This document shows positions 1 through 8,782 of a stretch of DNA of 64,000 bases, piece by piece. A program made the translations under genes and the position numbers. The stretch lies in the NCBI GenBank assembly GCA_963730695.1, contig CAVSSV010000033.1, positions 1,311 to 65,310 of the forward strand, read 5' to 3'. This DNA is from an uncultured Pseudomonadota bacterium. GTDB lineage: Bacteria > Pseudomonadota > Alphaproteobacteria > Rhizobiales > Beijerinckiaceae. The first letter of the stretch is position 1, and each line of letters begins with the position of its first letter. The notes beneath the pieces are model-generated. The model was not told where the DNA came from, searched no databases, and saw only the letters and a list, made by a program, of their open reading frames with translations.

Positions 1-85
1 TTCGCCAATTTCGAGCAGCGCGGCGACCGCTTTCGCGAGCGTCGTCGCGGCGTTGCTCGACGGTCCCGACAGGAGGCCCGCATGA
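1..85 (+). CDS. murD: 3' end of UDP-MurNAc-L-Ala-D-Glu ligase (partial, runs off window)
   Basis: Frame 1 reads FANFEQRGDRFR, matching the MurD C-terminal F.NFE.RG..F motif; lies immediately before ftsW as in dcw clusters. Confidence 0.7.
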   Translation, partial: SPISSSAATAFASVVAALLDGPDRRPA

Positions 86-1223
86 TCTCGCGCGCGCAAG
101 TGGGCCCATGGCCAATTGGATGCGGACCGTCGACCAATGGCTGCTCGGCCGCCTTCGGCGCGCTGATGGTCGCCGGCCTGGTGCTGGCGCTGGCCGCCAG
201 TCCCGCCGGTCGCCGAGCGCATCGGCCTGTCGCCGTTCCACTTCGTCGACCGGCAGGCGATGTTCATGGCGCCGACGGCGGCGTCTGATGATCGCGACTT
301 CCTTTCTCTCGCCCCGCTATGTCCGCCGCGCCGCGCTGGTGACGTTCGTGATCTCGCATGGCGCTGATCGTCGCTGGCGCTGAAATACGGCGTCGAGGTC
401 AAGGGCTCGCGCCGCTGGATCTTCGGCCTGCAGCCCTCCGAGTTCATCAAGCCCGCCTTCGTCATCCTGGCGGCCTGGGCGTTCGCCGAAGGCGGCGAGG
501 GCGCGCCGATGTCGCAACTCTCGCGCATCCTGGCGGTGGCGATCCTGCCGCTGACGATCGTGCCGCTGATCCTCGAGCCCGATTTCGGCCAGACGATGCT
601 GATCTCCGTGGTCTGGGCGTCGCTGTTCTTCATGGCCGGGCTGTCGCTGTATTGGGTGGTCGGGGTCGGCGGCGTCGGCGTGCTCGGCGCGTTCGCCGCC
701 TACAAGCTCAGCCCGCACGTTCATGACCGCGTGCTGCGCTTTCTCAATCCGGAAGCGAGCGGCGGCCTCGCCGACACGTTCCAGGTCGACACCGCGGTGC
801 AGAGCCTGCTGTCGGGCGGCTGGTTCGGGCGCGGACCGGGCGAGGGCGTCTACAAGCGCATCCTGCCCGACGCGCACACCGACTTCGTGTTCGCGGTGGC
901 CGGCGAGGAGTTCGGCTTGATCGCGTGCCTCGCGCTTGATCGCGCTGTTCGCCTTCGTCGTGCTGCGCTCGTTGGCGCTGGCCAAGCGCAACCCCGATCC
1001 GTTCTGCCGCTTCGCCGCGGCGGGCATGGCGATCCTGTTCGGCGTGCAAAGCTGGATCAACATGGCGGTCAACGTCAGGGCGATGCCGGCCAAGGGCATG
1101 ACCTTGCCGTTCATCTCCTATGGCGGCTCGTCGCTGCTGGCGCTGGGGCTCGGCATGGGCTTCCTGATCGCGCTGACGCGGCCGCGCCCGACGGTGGATC
1201 TGCGCACGCGCCTGGAAAGCTGA
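82..1223 (+). CDS. ftsW: Peptidoglycan glycosyltransferase FtsW (several apparent frameshifts)
   Basis: Pieces in different frames: MISRA start, QPSEF.KP, PDFGQ, GGWFGRGPG, LPDAHTDFVFAV.GEEFG, PAKGMTLPFISYGGSS. Confidence 0.92.
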
Positions 1224-1890
1224 TGCCCGGACCAAAAGACCATTGTTGCTGGCCGCCGGGGGCACCGGCGGCCATTTGTTTCCGGCCGCCGCGCTGGCGG
1301 CGGCGCTGATCCGGCGCGGCTACGCCGTCGAACTCGCGACCGACGACCGCGCGCTGAAATTCGGCGCCGATTTCCCGGCGCGCGCGGTCCATGCGCTCGC
1401 CTCGGCGACGCCGTCGTCGGGCGGCCTGGCGGCAAGGCGGCCGCGGCGTTCACGCTCGGGCGCGGCGGCCTTGCCGCCTACTTGCTGCTGAGAAAGCTGA
1501 AGCCCTCCGCCATCGTCGGCTTCGGCGGCTATCCCACGGTGCCGCCGTTGATGGCGGCCTCGATGCTAGGCATTCCCGGCGTGCTGCACGAAGGCAACGC
1601 CGTGATCGGCCGCGCCAACAAGTTTCTAGCCAGGCGCGTCGGAGAAGATCGCTTCCGGCTTTCCCGTGCTCGGCGGCCTGTCGGAGGCCGACGCCGCCAA
1701 ACTCGTCTACACCGGCAACCCCTGCGGCCCGCGGTGCTCGAAGCGGCGAAGCCGCCGTTTCCCCCGCTCGATGGGCCGATCGGCGTGCTCGTCACCGGCG
1801 GCTCGCAGGGCGCGAGGGTGATGGGCGAGGTCGTGCCAGCGGCGTTCGCGCTGCTCAGCGCCGACGAGCGTGCGCGGTTTCATTTGACGT
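1223..1890 (+). pseudogene. murG: MurG, N-terminal ~60% only; frameshifted and truncated at ~1890
   Basis: AGGTGGHLFPA, GFGGYPT, HEGNAVIGRAN, VTGGSQGA motifs; reading then runs into the antisense of the next gene. Confidence 0.88.
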
Positions 1891-2464
1891 TGCCCGCGAT
1901 CGCCGCGGTCGTGGAGGCAAAAGCCGTCTTGGCGTTCTCGAGATTGACGCCGGTTTCCGCATTGCGCGACACCAACTCGGCGTACCGCGCAACGTCGCGT
2001 TTGTTCTGTTCGAGCGTCGCCTGATCCTTGGCGAGCTGCGCTTGTGCAACGCCGAGCATTGCGCGCAGTTGCGCGGAGTCGAGTTCGATCAACACGTCGC
2101 CGGCCTTGACCTCGGCGCCGTCCGCGATTTTCACCTGGTTGACCATGGCGTCATAGCGAGGCCGCAGCGCGACGTTCGTGATTGTCTGCGCCGTCCCAAT
2201 GGCGTTGATGGTCCAGGGAAGATCCTTCCGCGAGGCCTTTCCGACGACGACGTTGACGGCGGGACGGGGCGGCGGCGCCGCGGCAGCGGCCGGAGTCGCC
2301 GGCCCGCCGACAATCGCCGCGGGCAACATGTCGTGAACGCTCTTTGCGTAGGGGCCAGCAACAGGAAAAATGCTGGCGACGAGATCGGCCTTGTATCCTG
2401 CGATCGCGGAGACAATCACGACGACAACGACGACGTTGATGAAGAGACGTATTACGCGCGTCAA
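1880..2464 (-). pseudogene. RND efflux periplasmic adaptor (MdtA-like), 3'-truncated
   Basis: N-terminal TM, Pro/Ala linker, AIGT..., G.EVKAGDVLIELD lipoyl motif, first hairpin helix AQAQLAKDQATLEQ; second half missing. Confidence 0.82.
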
Positions 2465-2940
2465 GGGACTTCAAATCCTTCTTATACGGACAGATCTCCG
2501 AGCGCGAATTCGACAAAACGTCATGGTCGAACCCACCCCTTAGCGCCAAACCGACGCGCAAAGCTCGTGCGGAGGAATTCTGCTAACAAACACTTATGTT
2601 CGCCTCAAGGTGGTAAGAATCAATTCGACGTGAGCCCGAAAGCGGCCCAGAACCCCAATATTGTCCGACGAGTTCGCCGCGATTTTGGCGCCGTTGACCT
2701 AATGTTAGGAATTGGTCCCAGTCGGCGACGTCGAAGGACCGAATCGGCGCGGGAACAGAGGTCGGACCAAAGTGGAACGAAGAGACATTCCCCGCATTCC
2801 AGCCTCCGATTCCCGCAGTTTTCCACACGGCTGCGCCTCAATCCGCGCCCTTCTTCCAAATTTCCCTTAGTCCCTATAATTTTTGACCGATTCGGCCACG
2901 CGGATTGGGGCTCGAAGTCGACAGGCATCGCGGAGCGTAC

Positions 2941-3561
2941 ATGGCGTCGAACGGGCATCAAGCTTTCGGCATGACTTCGGGCCTCGAAACCCTCGAGCGG
3001 ACTAGCTTTGAGCTTCCGCGGGGCTTTCCCAAAGCGCCGGGCCTGATCGACACGCGTCGCGCCTTCGAACTGCCGCCGCTCACTGGAGCCGCGCCGAAAT
3101 GGCTGCGTAACTACTGGCAAGTGACGTCATTGGGCGATCACGTCGCAACGTCGTATTATTGCTTTCAAGAGAACGGAAAAATCAGGCGCACCGCGACGCG
3201 GCCAACTTCGCGCTATGCCGCGCCGCCCCCAAACGGGGCGACGGACGCCGAGAGCGGCACGTTCGGCTTGGACGCGGCGGGAACGATTTACGTTCGATGG
3301 GCGGGGGGCGACCTCGAACGTATTGTCCTTGGCGACGACGGACCGCGGTCGGGCGCCGCTTTTGGCCTTCGCAGCAGCAAGAACGGTGAGGCGAGCCTTA
3401 TCGTGTTTGGCGCCTTGGGCTTCACGCTCAAGCCCAATCGCGCGCGGCGTGCGGTGAACTTTCTGCCTTTCGCTTCGCGCATCACGCGCGTCTTTTCGCA
3501 CGCACTTGAGAGCGCCCACGCCTTTTTCGGCCGCTCGGCCCTGGGGGGCGAGGGCCAATAA
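2941..3561 (+). CDS. Hypothetical protein
   Basis: ~206-aa ORF with plausible composition; no motif recognised; start uncertain. Confidence 0.5.
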   Translation: MASNGHQAFGMTSGLETLERTSFELPRGFPKAPGLIDTRRAFELPPLTGAAPKWLRNYWQVTSLGDHVATSYYCFQENGKIRRTATRPTSRYAAPPPNGATDAESGTFGLDAAGTIYVRWAGGDLERIVLGDDGPRSGAAFGLRSSKNGEASLIVFGALGFTLKPNRARRAVNFLPFASRITRVFSHALESAHAFFGRSALGGEGQ

Positions 3562-3658
3562 CCCGCTTGACGTAAGCCGCAGTGAGCGAGAGGTAGGCGC
3601 AGCGCCACCGCTGCTTCGGGGCGCGTGAAGCAAGTCGGATCGGCGAGGAGCGCCAGCC

Positions 3659-4015
3659 ATGACCTTCGAACAAGACGGCGACGCCGCGTCCAGCCCTCGC
3701 GAGGCCGGCGAGCTTCGCGACGACCTCGACAAGCTCCGGGCCGACATCGCCTCCTTACGAGAAAGCCTGGGGCGGGTCGTCAACGGCGTCGCGGAGGAAG
3801 CGACCAAAACCGTCCAAGGCGCGGCGGCCCAGACCGGCGCAACGGCGCAGGGCCTCGCCGACAGCGGTCTCGACCTGGCCGCGAGCGCCAAAGATCAGGC
3901 GCTCGGGCTCGTCGGCGAACTCGAAACGATCGCCCGGCGCAACCCGCTCGGCGCACTTGGCGGCGCCCTGCTGGTCGGCATGGTGCTGGGCATGATCACG
4001 CGGGGCCGCGGCTGA
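3659..4015 (+). CDS. DUF883/ElaB/YqjD-family tail-anchored membrane protein
   Basis: LRDDLDKLRADIASL coiled coil and C-terminal RRNPLGALGGALLVGMVLG anchor; GAGGAG SD. Confidence 0.85.
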   Translation: MTFEQDGDAASSPREAGELRDDLDKLRADIASLRESLGRVVNGVAEEATKTVQGAAAQTGATAQGLADSGLDLAASAKDQALGLVGELETIARRNPLGALGGALLVGMVLGMITRGRG

Positions 4016-4521
4016 TGCTAGACCGGCTGTTCGCCGCGGCGCGCGCCGATGTCGAGGATCAAATCGGATGGGCGGCGGCGCAGGCGAAGGGCCAGGCCGG
4101 GCACGTCGTCTATCTCGCCGTTCTCGCCGTCTTGGCGGTCGCGGCGCTGATCGGAGCGATCACGGTCGGATTGGTCGGGCTGCACGTGTGGCTGACCGCG
4201 CTCTATGGTCCGCTTGTCGCGTATCTTGCTCTCGGCCTTGGTTTGCTGGCGTTCGCATTGGTGCTGCTGCTGGCAATCAGGTTGAGCGGCCGTCCAAAAC
4301 TCGCGCCGCCGCCCTCGCCGCGGCTGGCGCAACCTGCGACGCTGATCAATCTGGCCTCGCCGTTCGGCGTCGATACCGCCGCGGCGGCGAGCCAGGCCGC
4401 CGACGCGCTCGCCGCGGGACTTGGCTCAGGCAAACGGTCGTCGCTTCTGGGCGCGCTGACCTTCGCCGCGCTCACCGGCCTTATCCTTGGGCGCCGCTTT
4501 CGCTCGGACCGTCGGTCATGA
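4015..4521 (+). CDS. YqjE/holin-X-like membrane protein
   Basis: Two TM helices, second C-terminal hydrophobic anchor; TGATG overlap with DUF883 gene, its usual partner. Confidence 0.7.
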   Translation: MLDRLFAAARADVEDQIGWAAAQAKGQAGHVVYLAVLAVLAVAALIGAITVGLVGLHVWLTALYGPLVAYLALGLGLLAFALVLLLAIRLSGRPKLAPPPSPRLAQPATLINLASPFGVDTAAAASQAADALAAGLGSGKRSSLLGALTFAALTGLILGRRFRSDRRS

Positions 4522-5618
4522 ACGTCATTGCCTGGATTCGCGTGGTGGCGAGCGCCCTCATTTTGGCGTTTGCCGCGCTCGCGCTGACCCCGCTGTCGGC
4601 GAGGGCGCAGGACGCTTCGGCCGAGCTTGTGGTTGGCACCAAACTGGCGCCGCCCTTCGCCTTCAAACAGGCGAATGGCGATTGGACCGGGATTAGCATC
4701 GATCTCTGGCGCAGCATCGCCGGCGCCACCGGCCTGAAATACCGCTTTGTCGAATTCCCGACGGCGGACAAACTTGTCGACGCCGCGGCCAATCACGACG
4801 TGGATGTCGCCATTGCGGCGCTCACGATGACCGCGGCGCGATCAAGCCGTGTCGACTTCACCGCGTCCTACTTTTCCACCGGCGCTGGCGTCGCCGTGCG
4901 CGCCTCCGAGAGCCGCATTGACACCATCATCGCCGTGATGGTTTCGAGCCGCTTCTTCGAAGTGATTTTTGCGCTGTTCGCGCTCGCCGCCGTGATCGGG
5001 CTGTTGGTCTGGTTGCTCGAGCGCCATCAGACCGATCACTTCAAGGGCGGGCCGGACGGTCTGGTCCGAGGCATCTGGTGGTCGGCGACGGCGATGGCGC
5101 AAGCCGGCGCGGCGCAGAACGCTCCGGCGACGCTGCCCGGGCGCATCCTCGCCATGGCCTGGATGATCGCCTCCATCGTGACGATCGCAACCTTCACGGC
5201 GGGACTGACGTCGACGTTCACCACGCACGATCTCAAAGGGGCGGTGCAGAGCGTCGACGACCTTCGCGCCTTGCGCGTGGGCGCGCCCGCAGCGACCTCG
5301 GCCCCGGCCCTGCTTGACCGCGAAAAGATCGCGCACAACGACTTCGCCTCTGTGGACGAGGGGCTGAAGGCGCTGCAGGCGGGCACGATCGACGCCTTCG
5401 TCTACGACAAGCCGCTGCTGATCTGGCAGGTCAAACAGGAATTCGCCGACAGGCTGCGCGTGCTCGATCTCACGCTCGATCGCCAAATCTATGCCATTGC
5501 CCTGCCCAAGGGCAGCGCCTTGCGCGACAAGCTGAACGTGCCGCTGTTGACGTTCGTCGAGAGCGCGGATTGGGATCGCACCTTGTTCCAATATTTGGGC
5601 GTCGCCGACGGGCATTGA
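4518..5618 (+). CDS. GluR0/iGluR-topology ligand-gated channel (SBP_bac_3 S1 - M1 - P - M2 - S2)
   Basis: Signal peptide; APPF..GISIDLW, ALTMTAAR..VDF (S1); TM, WWS pore helix, TM; S2 with DAFVYD and YAIALPKGS. Confidence 0.85.
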   Translation: MNVIAWIRVVASALILAFAALALTPLSARAQDASAELVVGTKLAPPFAFKQANGDWTGISIDLWRSIAGATGLKYRFVEFPTADKLVDAAANHDVDVAIAALTMTAARSSRVDFTASYFSTGAGVAVRASESRIDTIIAVMVSSRFFEVIFALFALAAVIGLLVWLLERHQTDHFKGGPDGLVRGIWWSATAMAQAGAAQNAPATLPGRILAMAWMIASIVTIATFTAGLTSTFTTHDLKGAVQSVDDLRALRVGAPAATSAPALLDREKIAHNDFASVDEGLKALQAGTIDAFVYDKPLLIWQVKQEFADRLRVLDLTLDRQIYAIALPKGSALRDKLNVPLLTFVESADWDRTLFQYLGVADGH

Positions 5619-5637
5619 CGGAGCGCCGAAGCAAGCC

Positions 5638-6072
5638 GTGGAAGAATGGGGACTTGATTGGTTGGTCGGCTTGCCGATCATCGTGCTGACGGTGGTGCTT
5701 CACGTCTTTTGCCTGGCGCTCATCGCCGACTTCATCGAGCATGTCGCGGACAGCCGCGTGGAACGCGCCCGGCGCTTCCTGCGGTTCGGCTCGGCGGTGA
5801 GCCTCGCGGCCTTGTTGGCGACCCTGCTTCACGCGGTCGAAGGCTTCGTCTGGGCGTTCGTCTATCTCGGCCTTGGCGCAAGCGACAACTTTGGCGCGGC
5901 GGTGCTCTATTCGCTCAACGCCATCACGAGCTATGGCCATGAAGGCTTCAAGCTGGAGAAGCGCTGGCAGCTGCTCGGGGCGATGGAGGCCGTCAACGGC
6001 ATGATGCTGTTCGGCCTGACCACCGCCTTTCTGTTCGCCGTGATCCAGCGGGCGCGGTCGAGCCGCGCCTGA
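5638..6072 (+). CDS. Pore-only ion channel (Ion_trans_2-like) protein
   Basis: Three TM segments, YSLNAITSYGH pore loop, WQLLGAMEAVNGMMLFG inner helix. Confidence 0.75.
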   Translation: MEEWGLDWLVGLPIIVLTVVLHVFCLALIADFIEHVADSRVERARRFLRFGSAVSLAALLATLLHAVEGFVWAFVYLGLGASDNFGAAVLYSLNAITSYGHEGFKLEKRWQLLGAMEAVNGMMLFGLTTAFLFAVIQRARSSRA

Positions 6073-6225
6073 AGTCTCGCAAGCGTATCGCGAAAGCAAC
6101 GCCGGAGAAGCCGTCGATTAAAGATAAAATTAGGCTAGATTTTCCATCCGCTTCGTTGCGCCTTACTTTAGGTAAACAGACGATGGAGGATCGCGCGACG
6201 GCGCACTTAAAGCTAGTCCACCCCT

Positions 6226-6504
6226 ATGGCGGCTTTGGTGCAAGGATGCGGCAAGTTTTCGGCCCGGAGTTGCGCAGCCGTCGCGATCGTCGCCGTGGCG
6301 TTGCTCCCGCTCCCAGCGCGTTGCGCGACACTGCAGGGGCGGCTTTCCGTCGGCATCACCATTCTCCCGGCATCGTGCGGGAGCGGCAAAGTCTCCTGTG
6401 GAGCGCGGGCAACGACCGTCGTGGCGCCCGCCGCGGCGGCGCCGAACATCACAAGCTATTCAAGGCAGGCCGACGGCGTCACGGTCTGGACGCGTACCTA
6501 CTGA
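6226..6504 (+). CDS. Small exported hypothetical protein
   Basis: 92 aa, signal-like N-terminus, beta-rich mature part ending ...VWTRTY. Confidence 0.4.
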   Translation: MAALVQGCGKFSARSCAAVAIVAVALLPLPARCATLQGRLSVGITILPASCGSGKVSCGARATTVVAPAAAAPNITSYSRQADGVTVWTRTY

Positions 6505-6506
6505 GG

Positions 6507-7322
6507 TCAGACCGCGCCGATTGGGCGCACCCGCATCGCCGCCTCGCGCACCGCGTCCGCGCCATAGAAACGCTCAAGGCGGCGCATGATGAAATGACCG
6601 CGCGCGAGGTTCTGGAAGTGGCCGGTGAACGCCAGATTGATGCCCGCGCCAAAGGCCGCTCCCACGATGGGAAGCGCTTGGGCGACCAACTTCTCGCTCA
6701 CGACCAGGCCGAAGCGCGACGCCACGAGGGAAATCAAGCGCACCAGCGCCGGTGCGCTGGCATCGACGCCTTTTCGTTGCGCGAGATAGCGGGCGGCTTC
6801 GCTCACCGAGCGCCCGAGTGCGGCGCGGATGGCGAAATAGCTGGAATCGATCGTGGCGTCCCTGCCGCCGCCGTCGAGCGCGAACACCTCCAGGCACGCC
6901 AGCGGAGCGCCGGGATCGGTGAGGTCCTCCCCCTCCTCCTGGGCGATGGCGGCGATGGAGCGCATCAGCACCGTCGTGGTGACCGGCAGCTCGATCATCG
7001 AGCCCATCAGCCCGAAGCCGCCGCCGATCGCCCCGCAGAGTCCCGAGGCCGCCCACAGGCCGCGGCTTTGGCCATAGACTGGCGGCCGCTTGCTGACGTG
7101 GCGGATCGCCCAGCGCATGGCGGCGGCGAGCGCCAACTCGCTGGCGTCGAGCGCAGCCGACCGCACGGCGGCGGGAATGAAATAGGATAGGCCGGCCGCG
7201 CTCCGTCCCAATTGCTGTGAGGCGCGCACCGCGAAATTGCCGCTCGAGAGCAGCGCCACCGCGCGCTTGAGATCGGCGAGATCCTGCGGCGCTAGTTCGT
7301 CGTAAATTTCGGCGGCGGACAT
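6507..7322 (-). CDS. EcsC family protein
   Basis: GAIGGGFG...ELPVTTTVLMRSIA.IA, ACLEVFAL, QALPIVGAAFGAGIN, RGHF..RRLER. Confidence 0.88.
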   Translation of the reverse strand: MSAAEIYDELAPQDLADLKRAVALLSSGNFAVRASQQLGRSAAGLSYFIPAAVRSAALDASELALAAAMRWAIRHVSKRPPVYGQSRGLWAASGLCGAIGGGFGLMGSMIELPVTTTVLMRSIAAIAQEEGEDLTDPGAPLACLEVFALDGGGRDATIDSSYFAIRAALGRSVSEAARYLAQRKGVDASAPALVRLISLVASRFGLVVSEKLVAQALPIVGAAFGAGINLAFTGHFQNLARGHFIMRRLERFYGADAVREAAMRVRPIGAV

Positions 7323-7428
7323 TTTTTGGCGCTCGCTACTGGGCGCCAGGTTGGCAGCGCCGCCAGGGGCATATGGGGCCGACGAGCCCCGGGCCAAGGC
7401 GGACGAAGCAAATAAAGCGGCGGAGGGC

Positions 7429-8253
7429 CTAGATGAAGGCCATCGCCACCAGCGCCAGCACGCCCGCGCCCCAGCAGTAATAGGCGAACGGGTTCAGCGC
7501 TTCGACCTCGTGGCTGCGGAAATAGCGCATCAGGAACACAAGGCTGGCGTATGCGACAACGCCGGCGACCACGCCGGAGATGATCGCGGCGCCGCCCAGC
7601 GTCGCGCCCGACTTCATTAGTTTGGGCGCTTCCAGCGCGGTCGCGCCGACGATGATCGGCGTCGCCATCAGGAAGGAAAACCGCGCCGCGGCTTCATGGC
7701 TCAGGCCGGCCACCAAACCCATGACGATCGTCGCCCCGGAGCGGGAGATGCCCGGAATGAGCGCGAAACATTGGGCGATGCCGATGCCGAGCGCGCCTTT
7801 CCAGTTCAACTCGTCCAGCTTGCCTTCTGCCTTCGCGCCGATCTTGTCGCCGATAAAGAGCACAAAGCCGTTGACGATCAGAAAGACGGCGGCGACCACT
7901 GGGGTGGCGAACGCATCGCCGAGCAGTTTGCGGAAAACGTAGCCGACGATGACCGCGGGGATGGTCGCGACGATGACCAGCAGGAACAGCTTGCGGTTCG
8001 CCGCCGCGCCGGGCGCGTTGCCACGCACGAGCGAGGTCAAAAACGTCACCCAGTCGCGCAAGAAATACAAGAACAGCGCAATCGCGGTGCCCAGATGCAT
8101 GACGACGAGATAGGGCAGGAAATCCGGAGCGCCCTCATCGACGCTCCATCGCAGCAGGCGCGGAGCCAGCACCGCATGGCCCAGGCTGGATATGGGAAAC
8201 AGCTCGGTCAGGCCTTGGATGAAAGCCAAAACAATGGCTTGGATCGTCGTCAT
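7429..8253 (-). CDS. uppP: Undecaprenyl-diphosphate phosphatase
   Basis: QGLTELFPISSLGH, HLGT, ALIPGISRSGAT, AARFSFL motifs. Confidence 0.95.
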   Translation of the reverse strand: MTTIQAIVLAFIQGLTELFPISSLGHAVLAPRLLRWSVDEGAPDFLPYLVVMHLGTAIALFLYFLRDWVTFLTSLVRGNAPGAAANRKLFLLVIVATIPAVIVGYVFRKLLGDAFATPVVAAVFLIVNGFVLFIGDKIGAKAEGKLDELNWKGALGIGIAQCFALIPGISRSGATIVMGLVAGLSHEAAARFSFLMATPIIVGATALEAPKLMKSGATLGGAAIISGVVAGVVAYASLVFLMRYFRSHEVEALNPFAYYCWGAGVLALVAMAFI

Positions 8254-8288
8254 GTCATGGCCGATCGCTGATTTGGAACTTGGCTAAG

Positions 8289-8319
8289 GCGCTACGCATT
8301 TCAATGACTTAAGTCAATG
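8289..8319 (-). promoter_or_regulatory. Putative sigma70 promoter of uppP overlapped by the palindrome TGACTTAAGTCA
   Basis: Minus strand TTGACT-N17-TAGCGC; perfect 12-bp palindrome at 8305-8316. Confidence 0.45.
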
Positions 8320-8494
8320 GTTGGCGCCGCCGGAGGAGGCGGCGTAATCGAAAAAGTCTGGCGCCGAGGCGTGACCCAAGGGTAGGCAGACGCCCTTTTG
8401 CGGAAACGGGGCTAGCGATGCCCTGGCAACCCGCCCTGCGCAAAACGCCTTCGCCTTTGGTTTAGATAAATAGAATAAGGACCAGGACCCCTAA

Positions 8495-8509
8495 TTAAGG
8501 TTCCGTTAA
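8495..8509. promoter_or_regulatory. CtrA-type binding site TTAA-N7-TTAA
   Basis: TTAA GGTTCCG TTAA at 8495-8509. Confidence 0.55.
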
Positions 8510-8547
8510 GGTCCGAAGGACCTTAATTAAGGTCCAAAGGACCTTAA
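8506..8547. repeat. Tandem 21-bp palindromes TTAAGGTCC-NAA-GGACCTTAA x2
   Basis: Read directly from sequence; the junction forms an 18-bp perfect palindrome GGACCTTAATTAAGGTCC. Confidence 0.95.
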
Positions 8548-8725
8548 CTACCGACCGCGATTAAATCATTTCAATAGATTGCGCGAAAACTCGCTCTTTT
8601 CTCTTTTTTCAGGGCTCTTCCGCGCTTGCCTCGCAAGCGTTTGACCCAACACTGATGCATCCTAGCACTATTTCTGAAAAATGTAAAGGAAAAACTGTTC
8701 TGGTAATTTTGGCCCTCTACAAACA

Positions 8726-8757
8726 TTTAGGGCGCGGAAAGCCTCCGCGCCCCAAAT
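8726..8757 (-). terminator. Intrinsic terminator-like hairpin downstream of dsbA
   Basis: GGGCGCGGA-aagcc-TCCGCGCCC 9-bp stem ~30 nt after the stop codon, flanked by A/T. Confidence 0.6.
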
Positions 8758-8782
8758 CAAACCGTCTCAGAAACCGAAAACG

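Noticed and set aside
1391-2974. 527-aa ORF and other long Arg/Ala-rich ORFs (e.g. 36428-38080, 39578-41323, 14840-16201)
   Set aside because: Shadow or antisense frames of real genes in high-GC DNA, with no motifs
4015-4521. Prophage, based on the holin-like protein and the lytic transglycosylase at 41307
   Set aside because: Both are common chromosomal families and no phage structural genes are present
6118-6133. CtrA box upstream of the small exported ORF
   Set aside because: TTAA-N8-TTAG: wrong spacing and a mismatch
8476-8547. CRISPR array
   Set aside because: Units are adjacent with no unique spacers, and no cas genes are present
8254-8782. Chromosomal oriC
   Set aside because: AT-rich with a CtrA box, but no clear DnaA boxes and no hemE/dnaA/parAB context; kept only as an unexplained element
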